DNA of 60,338 nt, filler included, from Basidioascus undulatus (Eukaryota): NCBI GenBank assembly GCA_000826855.1. It is 5 parts of 5 records of this genome, joined end to end, with 100 filler letters (N's around TTAATTAATTAA, not from the genome) between each part and the next. Parts side by side here need not be neighbours in the genome. Positions count along the whole stretch, not along the records: positions 1 to 12,011 come from JTLS01000960.1; 4 more parts are not named here. One strand, 5' to 3'. The notes under the pieces were generated by a model, which was not told the DNA's origin, did not search any database, and saw only the letters and a program-made list of their open reading frames with translations. Position 1 is the stretch's first letter. Each line of letters opens with the position of its first letter. Position numbers and translations under genes: made by a program. Shown piece after piece: positions 1-12,111 of the stretch.

Positions 1-139
1 CGACGCGCAATAGGCGAACCCCTTCAGCGAGCGTTCTGCCACGCTGAACGACTCACTCCCGTCTTCTTTACCTGCGTGACCACCCACCATCAAACTCAGC
101 GTCCTGCACCAGTTGCCAGAGCGGGCTCTGACCACTCAC

Positions 140-292
140 CTCAACTACAACATCCCTTGGCCCCTCAACCTTCGGCGCCGGGCGCTCCTCAAAGCTCGTC
201 TGGCCGAGCTCGCCGTGTTTCTTCGGGTCGCGGAGGATGAACGACGGGTTGTCCTTAGGCGTGTAGGATTCGGTCGTCGTTGCGGTAGCCAT
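140..292 (-). CDS. 5' exon of a zinc-dependent polyol (xylitol/sorbitol) dehydrogenase; gene runs off the window start
   Basis: MATATTTESYTPKDNPSFILRDP...TSFEERPAPKVEGPRDVVVE resembles the N-terminus of XYL2/SOR-type enzymes (NPSFVL...FEERP.P). A GTGAGT donor follows at 139. Confidence 0.7.
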
Positions 293-1303
293 GGTTCTAT
301 GCTGGTTTGACTGCTGCTGGTAAAAGTGTTTGTGGTGGTGGTGGTGAAAGAGAGGAGTAGAGAAGACGGCTGAAGAGGCGTTGAAATGGATGTTGTCGGC
401 TCGCCTAATTCGGAGGCTCCGGGCCGGCTCACCGCGCCGAAGTGCCAAAGGAAAGGCGGGGCTCGGTGGGCTCGGCTGAATATACGCCGCGGCTTTGCTG
501 GCAGGCCGCAGGGGAATTAGGGAACGTGGGTTGATTCGCGTAGAGGTGGGCATCGTGCGCAAAGATACCGCGAGGGTATGTGGAAGTCCGCGGGCGGACA
601 CGAAGGAGGTCAGAAAGGACGATGATTGCGCAAGTTATTGCATCACCGCGGATAAGAGAACTGAAACTGAAACTGTACAGTCGGCTGCGTCTTGTACTTA
701 CATAAGTTAGCTTGACGACTGGACGCGGTACACCGTATGATGCTGCTCCTAAAAGGCCAGACATGGATCAGGCACAGGGGCGTAATGCACCAGTGCACAG
801 CCTTGGTCAACTTGGAAGACTCAACTGTTTTGGCATATTAGCCAACTCGGCCTCGTCCGGGCGATGCCAGCTAATGCACTCTGCTGTCGCAGCCCATCAT
901 GCTTCTCATGAGCGAGGTGCAGCTGTGTCTGCTGCAATGAAATGCCTGACACGGAATCTGCGATGAGGAAAGAGGGATGCTCCAACCGGCGACCCCCGCT
1001 GGCTCGACCTGCACTGGTCTGCGTTGTAGTGCTTGCCAGAGCGGGCGCAATGGCTTTGGATATCAGGAGACAAAGGTGATGGGAATACATTTACTTGACA
1101 AAATGGATTGTCTTTCTCTGAATTGCGGTCCAAGGGTGGAGAGCGCATGGCTCAAACCAGTGTCTGCGAAGAAAGGCTTTAATGACTGATGGAACATCGG
1201 AATCCGCCAGCGGATTACCAATCAAAGGCAGGTAAAGAGCCCAGCGTCCAGCGCTGTTTTTCTGGGAAGACGTCGCGAAACAGGTGCGAAGCGTATGTTG
1301 GAC

Positions 1304-2316
1304 TCAGTCGAGGTAACCACAGCTGAGGACCTTTTCTGGGTCTGCCGTGCAGAACAAACCTATCATCAGCTCAAGGCATCATACTGAGCGTAACTACCAG
1401 TACTCACGATCGCTCACCGGGAGTTCTGAGTGAGAAAAAACGGACAGAGAGGTCTGTCAGTGTACAGGGTTGTGTTTGGGGCGTCGGGAAGAGACTCACG
1501 TCCGGCGCTTTGGGGAGCGAGCTGATTGAACACGGACGGCGAGAGATCGATGTGGTCGTCCTTGCATCCTGCGAACAAGGAATCAAAGATGGTTTAGTTG
1601 GTTCAATCTCGCACTGCGGCGAGCCTTGCTCTTACCGATGCAGCCATCCGAGAGCTGGTCAAACCCTTTACGAATTTGATCAGCTCAAGGATTTCAGGGT
1701 GTATTGCCTGTTTGAGAGCGTACGTAGGCACCTGTGAGAACAATAAAAGTGAAATTCATCATGAGCCCACAATTCCCCTAACTGTAGTCCCCCAACAAAG
1801 TCAAAATACACACAGGCTTGCTTGTTGTCGCTGCCGTTTGGTTCGCGTACGAGATCCAGATCTACCTCCAGCAATGCGTCTCTCCGCTGCGTGTATTTTG
1901 ATCAAAAGCGCACCTGTCCAGTTTGGAGCTGGGGATAGCAAAGATGGCCATATCGTCGTGAAGCCATTCTCCACCCGAGGATTGCGCACCCGTGCTAGCT
2001 GTGCCTTGCCCTCCCCCGTCAGACACCCATACGATGGCAGAATCGCAAGTTTCAAGAACCTTACTCGAGATGGAATAGGTTTGACCTGGTTCAGCAGAGG
2101 AGTTTCGCACAGAGCCGGACGAGGCACTCACTACCACGTTGCGGGCCCTACATGTAGACGCGCTTCTCAAGCGCAGTGCTCTCGACGCTGGCGTTCAGAG
2201 TGCGGGCCTTGCCCCGAAACGACCCGCTTGCGGTGGCGCCCTGTGGACAGGTGAGTAGCGGCGGAGGCCAAAGAAGCGATGGCGATGGTAAGAATGGGCA
2301 GCGTGTCGAAGAGCAT
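1304..2316 (-). pseudogene. Secreted expansin-like (RlpA/double-psi beta-barrel) protein, disrupted
   Basis: Signal peptide MLFDTLPILTIAIASLASA, Kex2-like ALEKR, GPATW(Y), HCWR*IWISYANQT, DGCIGCKDDHIDLSPSVFNQLAP, last exon DPEKVLSCGYLD*. Exon 1 needs two frameshifts, and there is a TAG at 1862-1864. Confidence 0.7.
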
Positions 2317-3056
2317 TGTGAAAAGGTTGAAAGAAGGTGCAGTGATAACGAGAGTGAAGTCCGGTATATCTGCTTGGAAGGAGGGACGAAGAGGAAAGAT
2401 ACAGATAGCAAGCTTGATGGGAGAATGAGTAAGAACTTGGAACGGGAGAGTGGATGGCGGAAGGTGGACGAGATCAAAGAGGAGTCAACGAAACGGTTGC
2501 ATATTTCTGTGGAGGCCCCTCGTGCAGCCTATAAACCCCAAAGGTCTAGGGCTAGGTGTATACATAAATTTACATCTACAAAGCGGACGGTAGGTACGGG
2601 GGCTGTATGTACCGTTCCGCAACATCCTTTCTTTATTGTGCCGGACAGGGATGTGAACAATGAACAACGGTGAGAGCAAGTGAGAGCCACATACTGACGG
2701 CTGCTATAAGTAGCTTCCCGTTTGCTTTTCTTCTCTTTCCTTTCGACTCTTCGAGAAAAGACAGTGTGCGGACGATGCCGAGAGTTGCCCCCGGGGAGGG
2801 GAGGGTCCACGCACTTCATAATTCTTTCGGCAACCGAGACGGGGTCTGTGACCCGGTCTGGCGGTGGATCAAGGCAATAAGCTATACGACTGTATTTTCT
2901 TGATAATTGGCTCTGAACGAAGGAAAGAGACACTGAATACTCATGCACTCCGAGAAAAACATACCGCCAATTGCAGCGCAGACACATCAGCTCGACGCCA
3001 CGCATTCCCAGCAAGCCCTGTCAGGACGATGAGGAACACTCAATATTTATAATATG

Positions 3057-4316
3057 TTATATCCCCAAACTCATGACCTGTAAAAATCAGCATTGTGTTA
3101 GAGTTCCGAGACGCTCTCTTCTTGAGCACATCCACTGTCCCAGCCCACAACGTACCTCCGTCCAACGGGTTACCCGTCGCGCGCTGCCTACCCCTTGGAC
3201 AGTCATGGTCAGTACTGAATAGAAAACAGCACCGAAGTTCTGAGGTCAGCGTAACATTTCGGGGGGTATCAAGACGATGTCTACCCACCGATGTCAACCG
3301 TTTCTCGCTTCCCAGTTCGCTCGCTGAACGCAACCCATTCCAGCGCAGCTCCCACTTCCCCCTCGCCTACAGCGCCTCCTTCCATAGGATGCTACCCATG
3401 GGAAGTAATAAGAGCACTTGATTCAGACTGCGTTTGCTCCCAGTATCATATTAGACAGCGAGCGTACCTCTGTGACGAATTTGAAAGTGATTTCCACGTC
3501 GGACCACTGCGCGTGAATGGCATAAAAGTGCGCTTTCATGGCTTCCATATCTGTAAAAAAATAAAAACCATCACCATTAGATTTATAAAATGAGCAGATC
3601 AGAGAGGAACTGTAGACGTGAGTGAACTTGCCGTATACCACACCGTTGATCCTGCACCGCAGGTCGTGCGCAAAGTAGTCCTCGGGTGCACCCAGCGTGT
3701 GCTCCTCGGGATCACAGAAGACCTGGTAAAGAAAAGTTAGAGTAACTTCTAGTTCAAACATCAACTCAACGGCCGCTCACGCAGAACGCTTCCTTCGCAA
3801 AAGCGACTAGGGGCGACTCGGCTGCCTTCTTGTCGCCGTTGACCGTTATCTGGCATCGCGACGACCAGTAGCACCCTAGTCCCCATAACGAAATCAATCT
3901 GGAGTCGACACACCTTGAACTTCTTCCACGCCCCCTGAAGAACGCTTTTACTGTTTCTTATCCCGTCAACGCGCCGCTCAAAATGCGTCAGCCCAAGCTG
4001 TCCCCCTTCCCCCATCTTGAATCAAGCACCACCTTCAATTCATCATTGACCCCGAAGCTCACCTGCTACTAGAAGACACCTTGGAGGCAGAGTTCTTGGA
4101 AGAAGACGTGCGCGAGACACGCCCGTCCGCAGTGTCCGAGGAGAACGAGTCTGCGGAGGCGGAGTGCACGGACGCTGCGCCGGACGGTGCGGCGGAGCGG
4201 ACTAACGTCGTGGGAGAAGGAAGCGGCTGCTGGAAGCTGGTGCTGGCTATCACCGAAGAGGAGGAGTTCTTGATCTTCCCCCACTGCGAAGGAGGGCCGA
4301 TGGGTAGGTCGTCCAT
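3057..4316 (-). CDS. Multi-exon hypothetical protein: Ser-rich N-terminus plus SnoaL/NTF2-like C-terminal domain
   Basis: Manual splicing gives an open frame: ...AWKKFK|ITVNGDKKAAESPLVAFAKEAFC|VFCDPEEHTLGAPEDYFAHDLRCRINGVVY|DMEAMKAHFYAIHAQWSDVEITFKFVTE|...GEVGAALEWVAFSERTGKRETVDI|VLTMTVQGVGSARRVTRWTE|VMSLGI*. The fold call is by residue pattern only. Confidence 0.55.
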
Positions 4317-5084
4317 GGCGAGAAAGTGTGCGCAGGTCTAAGATCGAGCCGAGGAGAGAGAACTTGGACCCGCCCGAGGTTCGGCGGATGTAAGGGAGAT
4401 ATTTGAGAGTCGTGAGGGAAGGTATCCCGACGGTATCGAACCGGGAAATGATAAGAAGCGAAGAAGCTAGGACTTTCGCATGCATCAGGCTCAGATGGAT
4501 GCTAGTGTGCTCGGACGAAGAGAAGGCGCCCAGCGCGAGGAGCACCGGTGCGGAGCAATAATTGCTGGGATACAGTTCGCTCTAACCTTGCAATATGAAA
4601 CATTGAGGGCAGCCAAGGCGTGAGTTGAGGCGGAGACTTACGGCTCGTTATTGTTGTCGGCGGCCGTCTGAGGATGCACGGACATCGTGGATGAAGGGAG
4701 CGCAAATAGCGCTACGCTGCCTTCCCGTTTCACCTTGGCAATGGCATATCCAGGCCACCGCTGGCTTTTTCCCACTTTTATGCGGTTCCACCAAAAGCTA
4801 TCACAACCCGCTACAGCTGTTCTCACGAGTCCACCACCGCCATTTTATTTTTCAAGTGCTTACGGACGACAACGATTGGGTACATCGGATCTGGCCGTGC
4901 ATCGCATCGCGTTCGGTAACCACATACAGCGCCCGTGACCCAGTCTTACTGTCTATGCCATGTATTAATTAGAAATCTATACCTGATGCTTGCGAAAAGG
5001 GTAGTACAACGTGGTAAATGCAATGTGCACGTAAACAACCTATGCCTCGAGCCCAAGGTGTGCAGAAGATTGCCATAACATAGA

Positions 5085-7945
5085 TCATTGAGAGGGTGCG
5101 AAGCGCGAACGTTTCCGTAGCTGTGGTCCAAGTCGGTAGAAGACGAATCTGTTCTCGGAAGGATTGGTCAGATAGAGGAAGAGGCAAGGAGAGTGAGTAG
5201 GGAATGAGACGGACGGAAGTGGAATCATGAGTGCCGTGAGGCCCGTGAGGAGCCCGCTGGCGCCTACGACGCCGAGGCGGTCGTACATGGCGGTGGCGAA
5301 AAGAGGGAAGCCTGTTGGGGTGCGTCAGACCAAAGGTAAAAGATCGGGAAGAGAAGAAAGACAGGAGAGAGGGGAAGAGGTGGACGGACCCGCTGCGAAG
5401 GATGAGCGCACGAAGCTGTTGCCCGCCATGGCAGAAGCTGTATGCCCAGCCAACAAGTTGTTGAGGAATAGGAAGCATGCAAGGGATGTGATGCGAGACG
5501 TACCAGCATACGGTCGGTACGCGTCGACCAGGAAAGTGAATACGGCGGTGAAGACATCTGAGCGTGACGAAAGTCAGCCTTGTCGTCTTCTCAACCAGTT
5601 ACATCCTGCAGAGGGCCACTTACAAACGACACCCGTCCCAAACGGAATGGAACCGATGATCGGCGCAATCTGCGATTCCGTCCCCTTCCGTCAGGTCCTA
5701 TCTAGTCCGCAACAGCAGCAGCAGCAATCCACGAAACCCGTACCCAGTGAACATGCCGGTAACTCGTGAATGTGAAGATGAGGAGTCCTGTCACCAGAGT
5801 CCAACCATCCCGCATCAGACACTCGTTAGGGTGGAGGAAGATACACGTTTACCCATCGGAACGAGCACCGCGCCCGCCATACCCACGGGCAAGCGCGCCT
5901 CAGGCGGCGCCTTGCCTTCGGGCGACTGCGCTGCGTGCTTGGCGTACAGCCGCCCCCAGAGCGTGTTGGTCGCTGCGCCGATGACTTCGCCAAGGCCGAT
6001 TCCTGGATGTACATGCTCGGTGAGAGGGGACGATGGGGTGGGAGAAGAAGGGGAAGCGCACCTAGGAAGGCGAGGCCCACTGACTGCTGGTTGCTATTCG
6101 TTTCGGGACCGCATGAGCGGCATTCGCGTCAAATGGGAAGTGAGGGAAGATGACTCACAAGCCGTGCACGTTCCGGAACACGATGGGATACGCGACGAAG
6201 AAGAGATACAGGATCCTTTTCCCCCTCTCGCAAATTAGCCAAGCGCCTTCGCTGAGTAATGCACAGTAAGCACTCACCCGAGCAAAAGCGCCGTCCAGAC
6301 ATCAAGCAAGAGCGCCATCGGCTCATACGCGAGGATCTGGAACGGCATGGTGCAGCTCCGTAGGATAGTGCGCGCGAAGGACAGGTGCCGCTTCTCGATG
6401 GGCGCGTAGTATCGGTGGTCGCCGGTTCCTTGGCGGAGGCTGCCGATGGGCCTAGTTCAGCGTTGCTGGGAAGACGGTGGGGGAAAGGGAGGGGGAAAGA
6501 CGGACCGCTTAGCTTTCTTCTTGAGGAGGATGGGCGAGTAGGTTTCGGGTACGAGGAGGACGATGAGGAGAAGGTTGATCAGGGACCAGATGATCACGGC
6601 ATAGTACGTCCATCTGAACCAGCCATCCAAAACAGACACAAATTGCTTGACATCAGCAACCCCGGCGTACAGGAGGTGCATAAAGAGAGAACGCACCGCC
6701 AGGACGTGTTTTGGTTGATGAACCCCTGCATGCACCATGAACCACCAGCGTCAGCCAGCCCCGGCCCGCGTCTGAGGCACACATGAGGTCTGATCCACGC
6801 ACGGCGATGAGCGGGCCAAGCACGGGCCCCAGGAACGGCGAGACGGTGTAGAACGCCATGGGCGGGCCGACCTCGGTGTTGAGGAAGAGGTCGCTGTGGG
6901 GTGTTATGTTGGCTTGTCAGGGTGAGATGGAGTGGTGGATGTGAGGGAGAGGGACGGACGAGACCGAGCCACCCGCGACGCTGAGGAACGCCGACCCCGC
7001 GAAGCCGGTGAGGAAGCGGAAGATGAGGTGCACGGCTGGGTGGGAGATTAGAGGTCAGCTAAGGGGAAGCGATGGAAGGAGAGGGCAGAGGGGATATACC
7101 GATGTTGTTTGCGAAGGCAACGGGGAAGTTGAATACTGTTGAGAGGGTTCAGCGCGGCGCTGCGTAGGGGGAAGAGAGGGGGAGGATGGCGCACGGAAGA
7201 AGACCAGGAAGGAGAGCACGTAGACGAGTTTGCGACCTATGAACTCGGACAGAGGGCCGAGGAGCACTGTGTCCGTCCGAGAGAAGATGAGCGAGTTCGA
7301 TAAAGGGAATTGATATGAAAAATGAACATGGCCCGCATCCCAAACCCGCCACGAATCTGTCCCCGTCGCCCATCAGCCACCCTCCCAGCGCAGCGAAAGG
7401 AAGATGCGCACGCACAGTGATACGCTCAGAATCGCTACTTCTCGCCCTACGTGGAACTCTTGTTCTATTTGGGCATAGGTGGAGGACGCCATGCTTGACG
7501 TGCATGTTCTGTGCAAGCCCGCCTGGCGGATGAGAGGGGGAGGGGGAGGGGGGCGGAAGGAAGACGCACACGCAGATCGAGCCTGAGGAGATGATAAGCA
7601 CCGCGATCCATTTCCGAGCGAGAATAGAATTCCTACGGTGGAGTTCGGATTCGGAGGAAAGACGTCGAGCATAGGGGTGAGAGGGGATCAGCCAGGCGCA
7701 CTGGATTGCGGGGCGGGGAGCCAGGGCGACAGGAAGACGCACAGTGGGTTCAGCGGGTCGCCCTCGTCCCATGCAACCTCCCACATCTTCTCGTCCCCCT
7801 TTTCGGGCGGAGCATCCGCCTCCGTCATCGCAGGCGGGACAGACATGTCATGCTCGCCCTGTGCGGAGGCGCCCTTCTCTGGGTCGGAGGGCGGCGGATG
7901 CGCGAGGGTCGAGGTGAAGGAGGAGGTGGATGAGGGCTGCGACAT
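5085..7945 (-). CDS. MFS drug:H+ antiporter (DHA1 family), many introns
   Basis: WDEGDPLNPL|NSILARKW, LLGPLSEFIGRKLVY (MFS motif A), PFLGPVLGPLI, LVPETYSPILL, MYDRLGVVGASGLL, FYRLGPQLRKRSRFAPSQ*. Confidence 0.9.
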
Positions 7946-8775
7946 GATGGACCTCTCGAGAGCGGGAGGATGCGAGCTCGTTTGTGAGGATGAAGAAGCC
8001 TCAGATTTGTGTGAGCTCGGGTGGTGAAGCCTGCCTTGCCAAGGAGGTAGAGGAGACCGAAGTCGAGCCTGGTGCCCTGTGCAATGTAAGTGCAAGGTTA
8101 TTTTCCTCGCTGCTCGGACATGTCTCTCCTGCCCGAACCAGGCGTACCTGATCCTCAACGAGAACGTGATACCCTTCTCTCTACGAGCGTAAGACTGGCA
8201 GATGTATATGTGGATGAGCGCTATCTGGACTTGCGAGTCAGAACCCAACAGGACGGCATGATGAGCAGCTTACTTTCTGAATTTGGGCAGGAACCGTGAT
8301 CAAATCGGGCTCGGCCGATCACGGCGTGGAGGCTGCCGGGAACTCGGCGAGCAACGGTGTCTGAACAAGCTCGACCTCGTCTTGAACTGTTCACTGTTCA
8401 GACCTCCACCCTGCTCGTGAACGTCTCATGCAAGAAGAACTGGAAACATCACAGGCAATTTGAACGTCCTCTTCCCCGTCAAGCGACCATTTAAGTAGCC
8501 AACGAGCCGCCATCCCAGCCATTCTCCGGGTCTCCCTCCAGATACTTTACACCATGATCTAGGCACCTCTCCTCCCACCCTTGCATCTGCGTGTTAGCCT
8601 TTGTTCGGAAGTTGAAAGTCTCTTCTAGATTTGTAGCACCATGTCCTTAAGATTGAGTGTTGAATGTAAAAGAAGACCTGTCCTGAATGCTGTGGGTTAC
8701 CACATGTTCGTAAGACAGGCTGACCTGACGACGTCATCTGCGCCGTCCTCAACCTCCTCCTCACCTCCCACGTCC

Positions 8776-10107
8776 ATGTCCATCACCCGTACCGTCCTCA
8801 GGCACTTCACACCCAGACTCATCCCGAAACACACATACCCAGTCGTCCTGTCCCACTCTCTGCACACGACCGCCATGGCGCAGGAACCAAAGATCCTCAA
8901 CAAGTCCGAGATCCCCTCGTCCGAAGCCAAGTGGCTTGTGCGCTCCCCCCCCTCGCCTAAGTCGACAGATGCTCATCTGGCACGGGTCATTTGGCTTCCC
9001 AATTTGTAGAACCTGAGAAAGATCTCGTGGGTCGACCAGGACGGGAAGGAGCGCGTGTGGGAGTGCGCAGACCGACGCACGCGCGGGAAGGGCGGGATCG
9101 ACGGTGCATGTTCCTCTTCTTGCTGGGAAGGACTAAGGACTGTGCATGCTGAAGCATTGGGGAACGTGGCAGCCGTTGCAATTGCTGCGCTCCTCAAGTA
9201 CCCCAAGGACAGCGGGAAGCCGGCGAGCACGGTCATCATCGAGCAGTACCGCCCGCCGGTGGGCAAGGTGCTTGTTGGTGCGTGCCTCCGCCCTCTTGCA
9301 TCCCCCGGACATTCGAAACTAACTGAGGTGATTCTACGTAGAGTTCCCGGCCGGTTCATTCACTTCCTCCTGGCCCTCGTGCGGCGCTTGAAACGGGAGT
9401 TGACTGACAGAGCGCGCTGCCAGGCCTCATCGACGCGGGCGAGAGCCCGAGCGAGACTGCGATCCGCGAGCTGCGGGAGGAGACCGGGTACAAGGGCCAA
9501 AATGTGCGGGTGCTGGAGGAGGTGGGTCGTCTTCCCCTCTCCATGCCCCCTTCCCACCCCATCCTGCTCCCCGCCCTGCCGTCGACTGACGAACACTCCT
9601 GCGTGCAGGGATTCACCATGTTCTCCGACCCCGGTCCATCCCCTTTCCTACCCACGAACCAATCCCCAGCTGACCCCTCCCTCGCCCCGCCGAGAAGGCA
9701 TGTCCAGCGCGAACCTCAAGACGGTCATCGTCGAAGTCCCGCTCGAGGCGGACGCGCCCGAGCCGGTGCCGGAGCTAGACGCGGGGGAACATATCGTTCG
9801 TTTACCTTTCGTTCAGTTTCTTTACAATTCTCCGGTCTGCGATGCTGAGGTTTTTGCGCTGGATAGGTGACGCGCGTCGTCCCGCTGAACGGGCTGTATG
9901 ATATCCTGAAGGGTGCGTTTGCTGTCCCTGCCCATCCACCCCTTCTCTCCGCACCCCCTCCCTCCCTCTACTTCTACCCCACGTCCCGCATACCCAGCTG
10001 ACTCCCTCACTCTGCCGCACTGAGCAGACTACGACAGCAAGGGCTTCGCAATCGACGCGCGCCTGGCGAACTTCGCGCTGGGGTGGAGGATGGCAAGGGA
10101 GGCATAG
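8776..10107 (+). CDS. YSA1: Nudix hydrolase, ADP-ribose pyrophosphatase (Ysa1/NUDT5-like)
   Basis: Spliced product contains [35 protein letters not shown] (Nudix box), SDPGMS and LDAGEHI. All introns are GT-AG; 12-nt exon at 9342-9353. Confidence 0.9.
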
Positions 10108-10299
10108 TAGCTCGGGCTGGTGTCGGCAGCATAGTCGAGGAGGGTGGGCGTGTTAGAGCGCTTGGAGCTGATGAGATGGACTAGAAAACATTTGGCGGTC
10201 TGCGCCCTGACGCGGACGTTTCCGCAAGTCAGCCAGCTTGTCACGATTCACTGCTCAGTGCTGGTTGGCGCTCCCCGGGCGACATCGCAGGCGAACTTC

Positions 10300-11164
10300 A
10301 AATTCAGTACCTCCACCGACCCCCACCTTGCCCCACCACCCCGATGCGAAACTTCAGTCTCCTTCTGCCGGGATTCTGCTTGCTTCTGCGTGATGCTGCA
10401 GCGGGTAAGATCCGACCGAGTGCCGAGGAGTCGGCCCGGCGTCTCGGACGAACTGGAGCTGCTGCTCGCCAAGGGATCTACACCGTGTCGAACTTCTTCC
10501 CTTTGCCGGAAAGGCCTATTTGCTAGGGTGCTGATTTGTATACATACTGTGTTGCAGCGCTTTACGGACCCGGCAACGCCGATCATCTCCTGGAAAGCAG
10601 CCGGCTGCGACGGGCAGGGATGTCTTGTTCCCTTTCGACGGTGCCACTCGCCATTCATGATCTTTTTGCACGGGTATAACTTACTACGAAGAGTAAAGTT
10701 TTGCTCGGGGAAAATGGTATGCTCGCCGAAAACATCATAAGCCTGCATTTGGAAATCCGCTCCGCTCACCCGGACTCGGAGTCGCGAGCGAGAGAAGTAA
10801 GACCCTCCTCAAGCTCATCTTGCTCTTCTTACAACTTCCGAGGCTCGAGCCCACCTGACCCGCGGTTCATCAAGCACTGCTGAGTGCTGACGTACCGAGG
10901 CAGCCAGGCTACAAGGGCCGCCCCGAACCTGATCCTTGAGGGTCTGAAAGTCTCGCAAAAGGTGGGGCAAGCCAAGGCAAGCGGCGAGCGGGAGGAGGGG
11001 GAAGGGGCCGGGAATAATAGAACAAGGTTCGGAGGATCCCCCATGTTCAGGGACAGGGGCGACACGCGACGGCTGAAAGCCTGAGGCAGAGATCTCAAGA
11101 TCAACTCTATTTCGCTCTTCTGCTTCGAGAGGACCGGCGTTTTGCTTTGCGGCTGCACTTCTCA
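10300..11164 (-). pseudogene. Possible decayed spliced gene of unknown function
   Basis: ATG in CCGCCATG context, splice-like donors and acceptors, and a coiled-coil-like RKL*EEQDELEEGL with an in-frame TAA at 10829. No family recognised. Confidence 0.25.
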
Positions 11165-12011
11165 TGGCGGTACGGAAAGGGAAAGGGTGAGAAGACGGAG
11201 AGTCTGGAAGCACTTAAATCGGAAATGTGGGATACTTTAGTGTAACCAGGTGCTGGGTGGACAAGGGTGGAGCAAGCTCCTGCATCAATGGGTCCTCAAT
11301 CGACGCTGGAGTGTCGGGTCGGTGCCTTGCGCGCAGCTAGAAGCATCGATCATCGGTGCTTCGGGGGTACGGAGAGCGTTGGGAGGGGGGGGAGGAGGTT
11401 GCAATTGGAAGACCTGCTTCTCACGGCCAATAGGGCTTGTCTACGGGAACTTGCAGGAGAGAAAGGGCAGGAACCCAGAGCAAAAGCTAGTTACTTGGGG
11501 TGCAGCTGCATGTCCCCGCCAGAGTGTACCATCTGGTTGCTGACTGGCGCTCGGAAGAGCAACAACCGGTCGCTCAAGATCCTTTTGTCTGCAATGCGCT
11601 TTAAAAGACTAAGTCCTGTGAGGAGGGGGGCACATCAGTTGAGTAAACTTGGCTATACTTTTCAGATAGCCAGGCCTTCTGATCGGAGTGCCAGACTGGC
11701 AGTCAATCAGTAAGCCCTCGCTTTCAGTGGCCGAGTCTCGACGACTCGAACTTGGTAATCATCCTCCTCCATACGCTCGTGACCGCCCCGCCCGCCGCCA
11801 CAGCCGCCGCCACCGCCCCACGCCCTGTGCCTGCCAAACTTTTTTTAATTCTCACAGTGCCGCGGTTACGAGAGAAGACCCCTGCCCTCCATCTTGCGCG
11901 CGCTTGCAGGCGGCGGCGGCGCGTCGAGCCTGGAGGCTTTCTCGCGTCTTTGCTCTTTTGCGCAGCTCCTCCCTCCCCCCGCCGCTTCTCCCACATCTCC
12001 CACATCACCTG

Positions 12012-12111
12012 NNNNNNNNNNNNNNNNNNNNNNNNNNNNNNNNNNNNNNNNNNNNTTAATTAATTAANNNNNNNNNNNNNNNNNNNNNNNNNNNNNNNNN
12101 NNNNNNNNNNN
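12012..12111. other. Artificial contig-joining spacer
   Basis: N-run, TTAATTAATTAA (stops in all six frames), N-run; 100 nt. Confidence 0.98.

Noticed and set aside
1322..1375. Minimal hammerhead-ribozyme-like pattern on the minus strand (TGAG-CTGATGA-stem-GAAA-AG-GTC-CTCA)
   Set aside because: CTGAT is the branch site and the rest is the acceptor plus last exon (DPEKVLSCGYLD) of the expansin-like gene. Stem II lacks the G-C closing pair and stem III is not palindromic.
1..10107. Dehydrogenase + SnoaL-like + MFS + Nudix as a metabolic gene cluster
   Set aside because: No backbone enzyme or shared pathway logic; it looks like an ordinary neighbourhood.
12056..12067. TTAATTAATTAA motif recurring four times at about 12-kb spacing
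   Set aside because: Synthetic linker inside N-runs, not biological.
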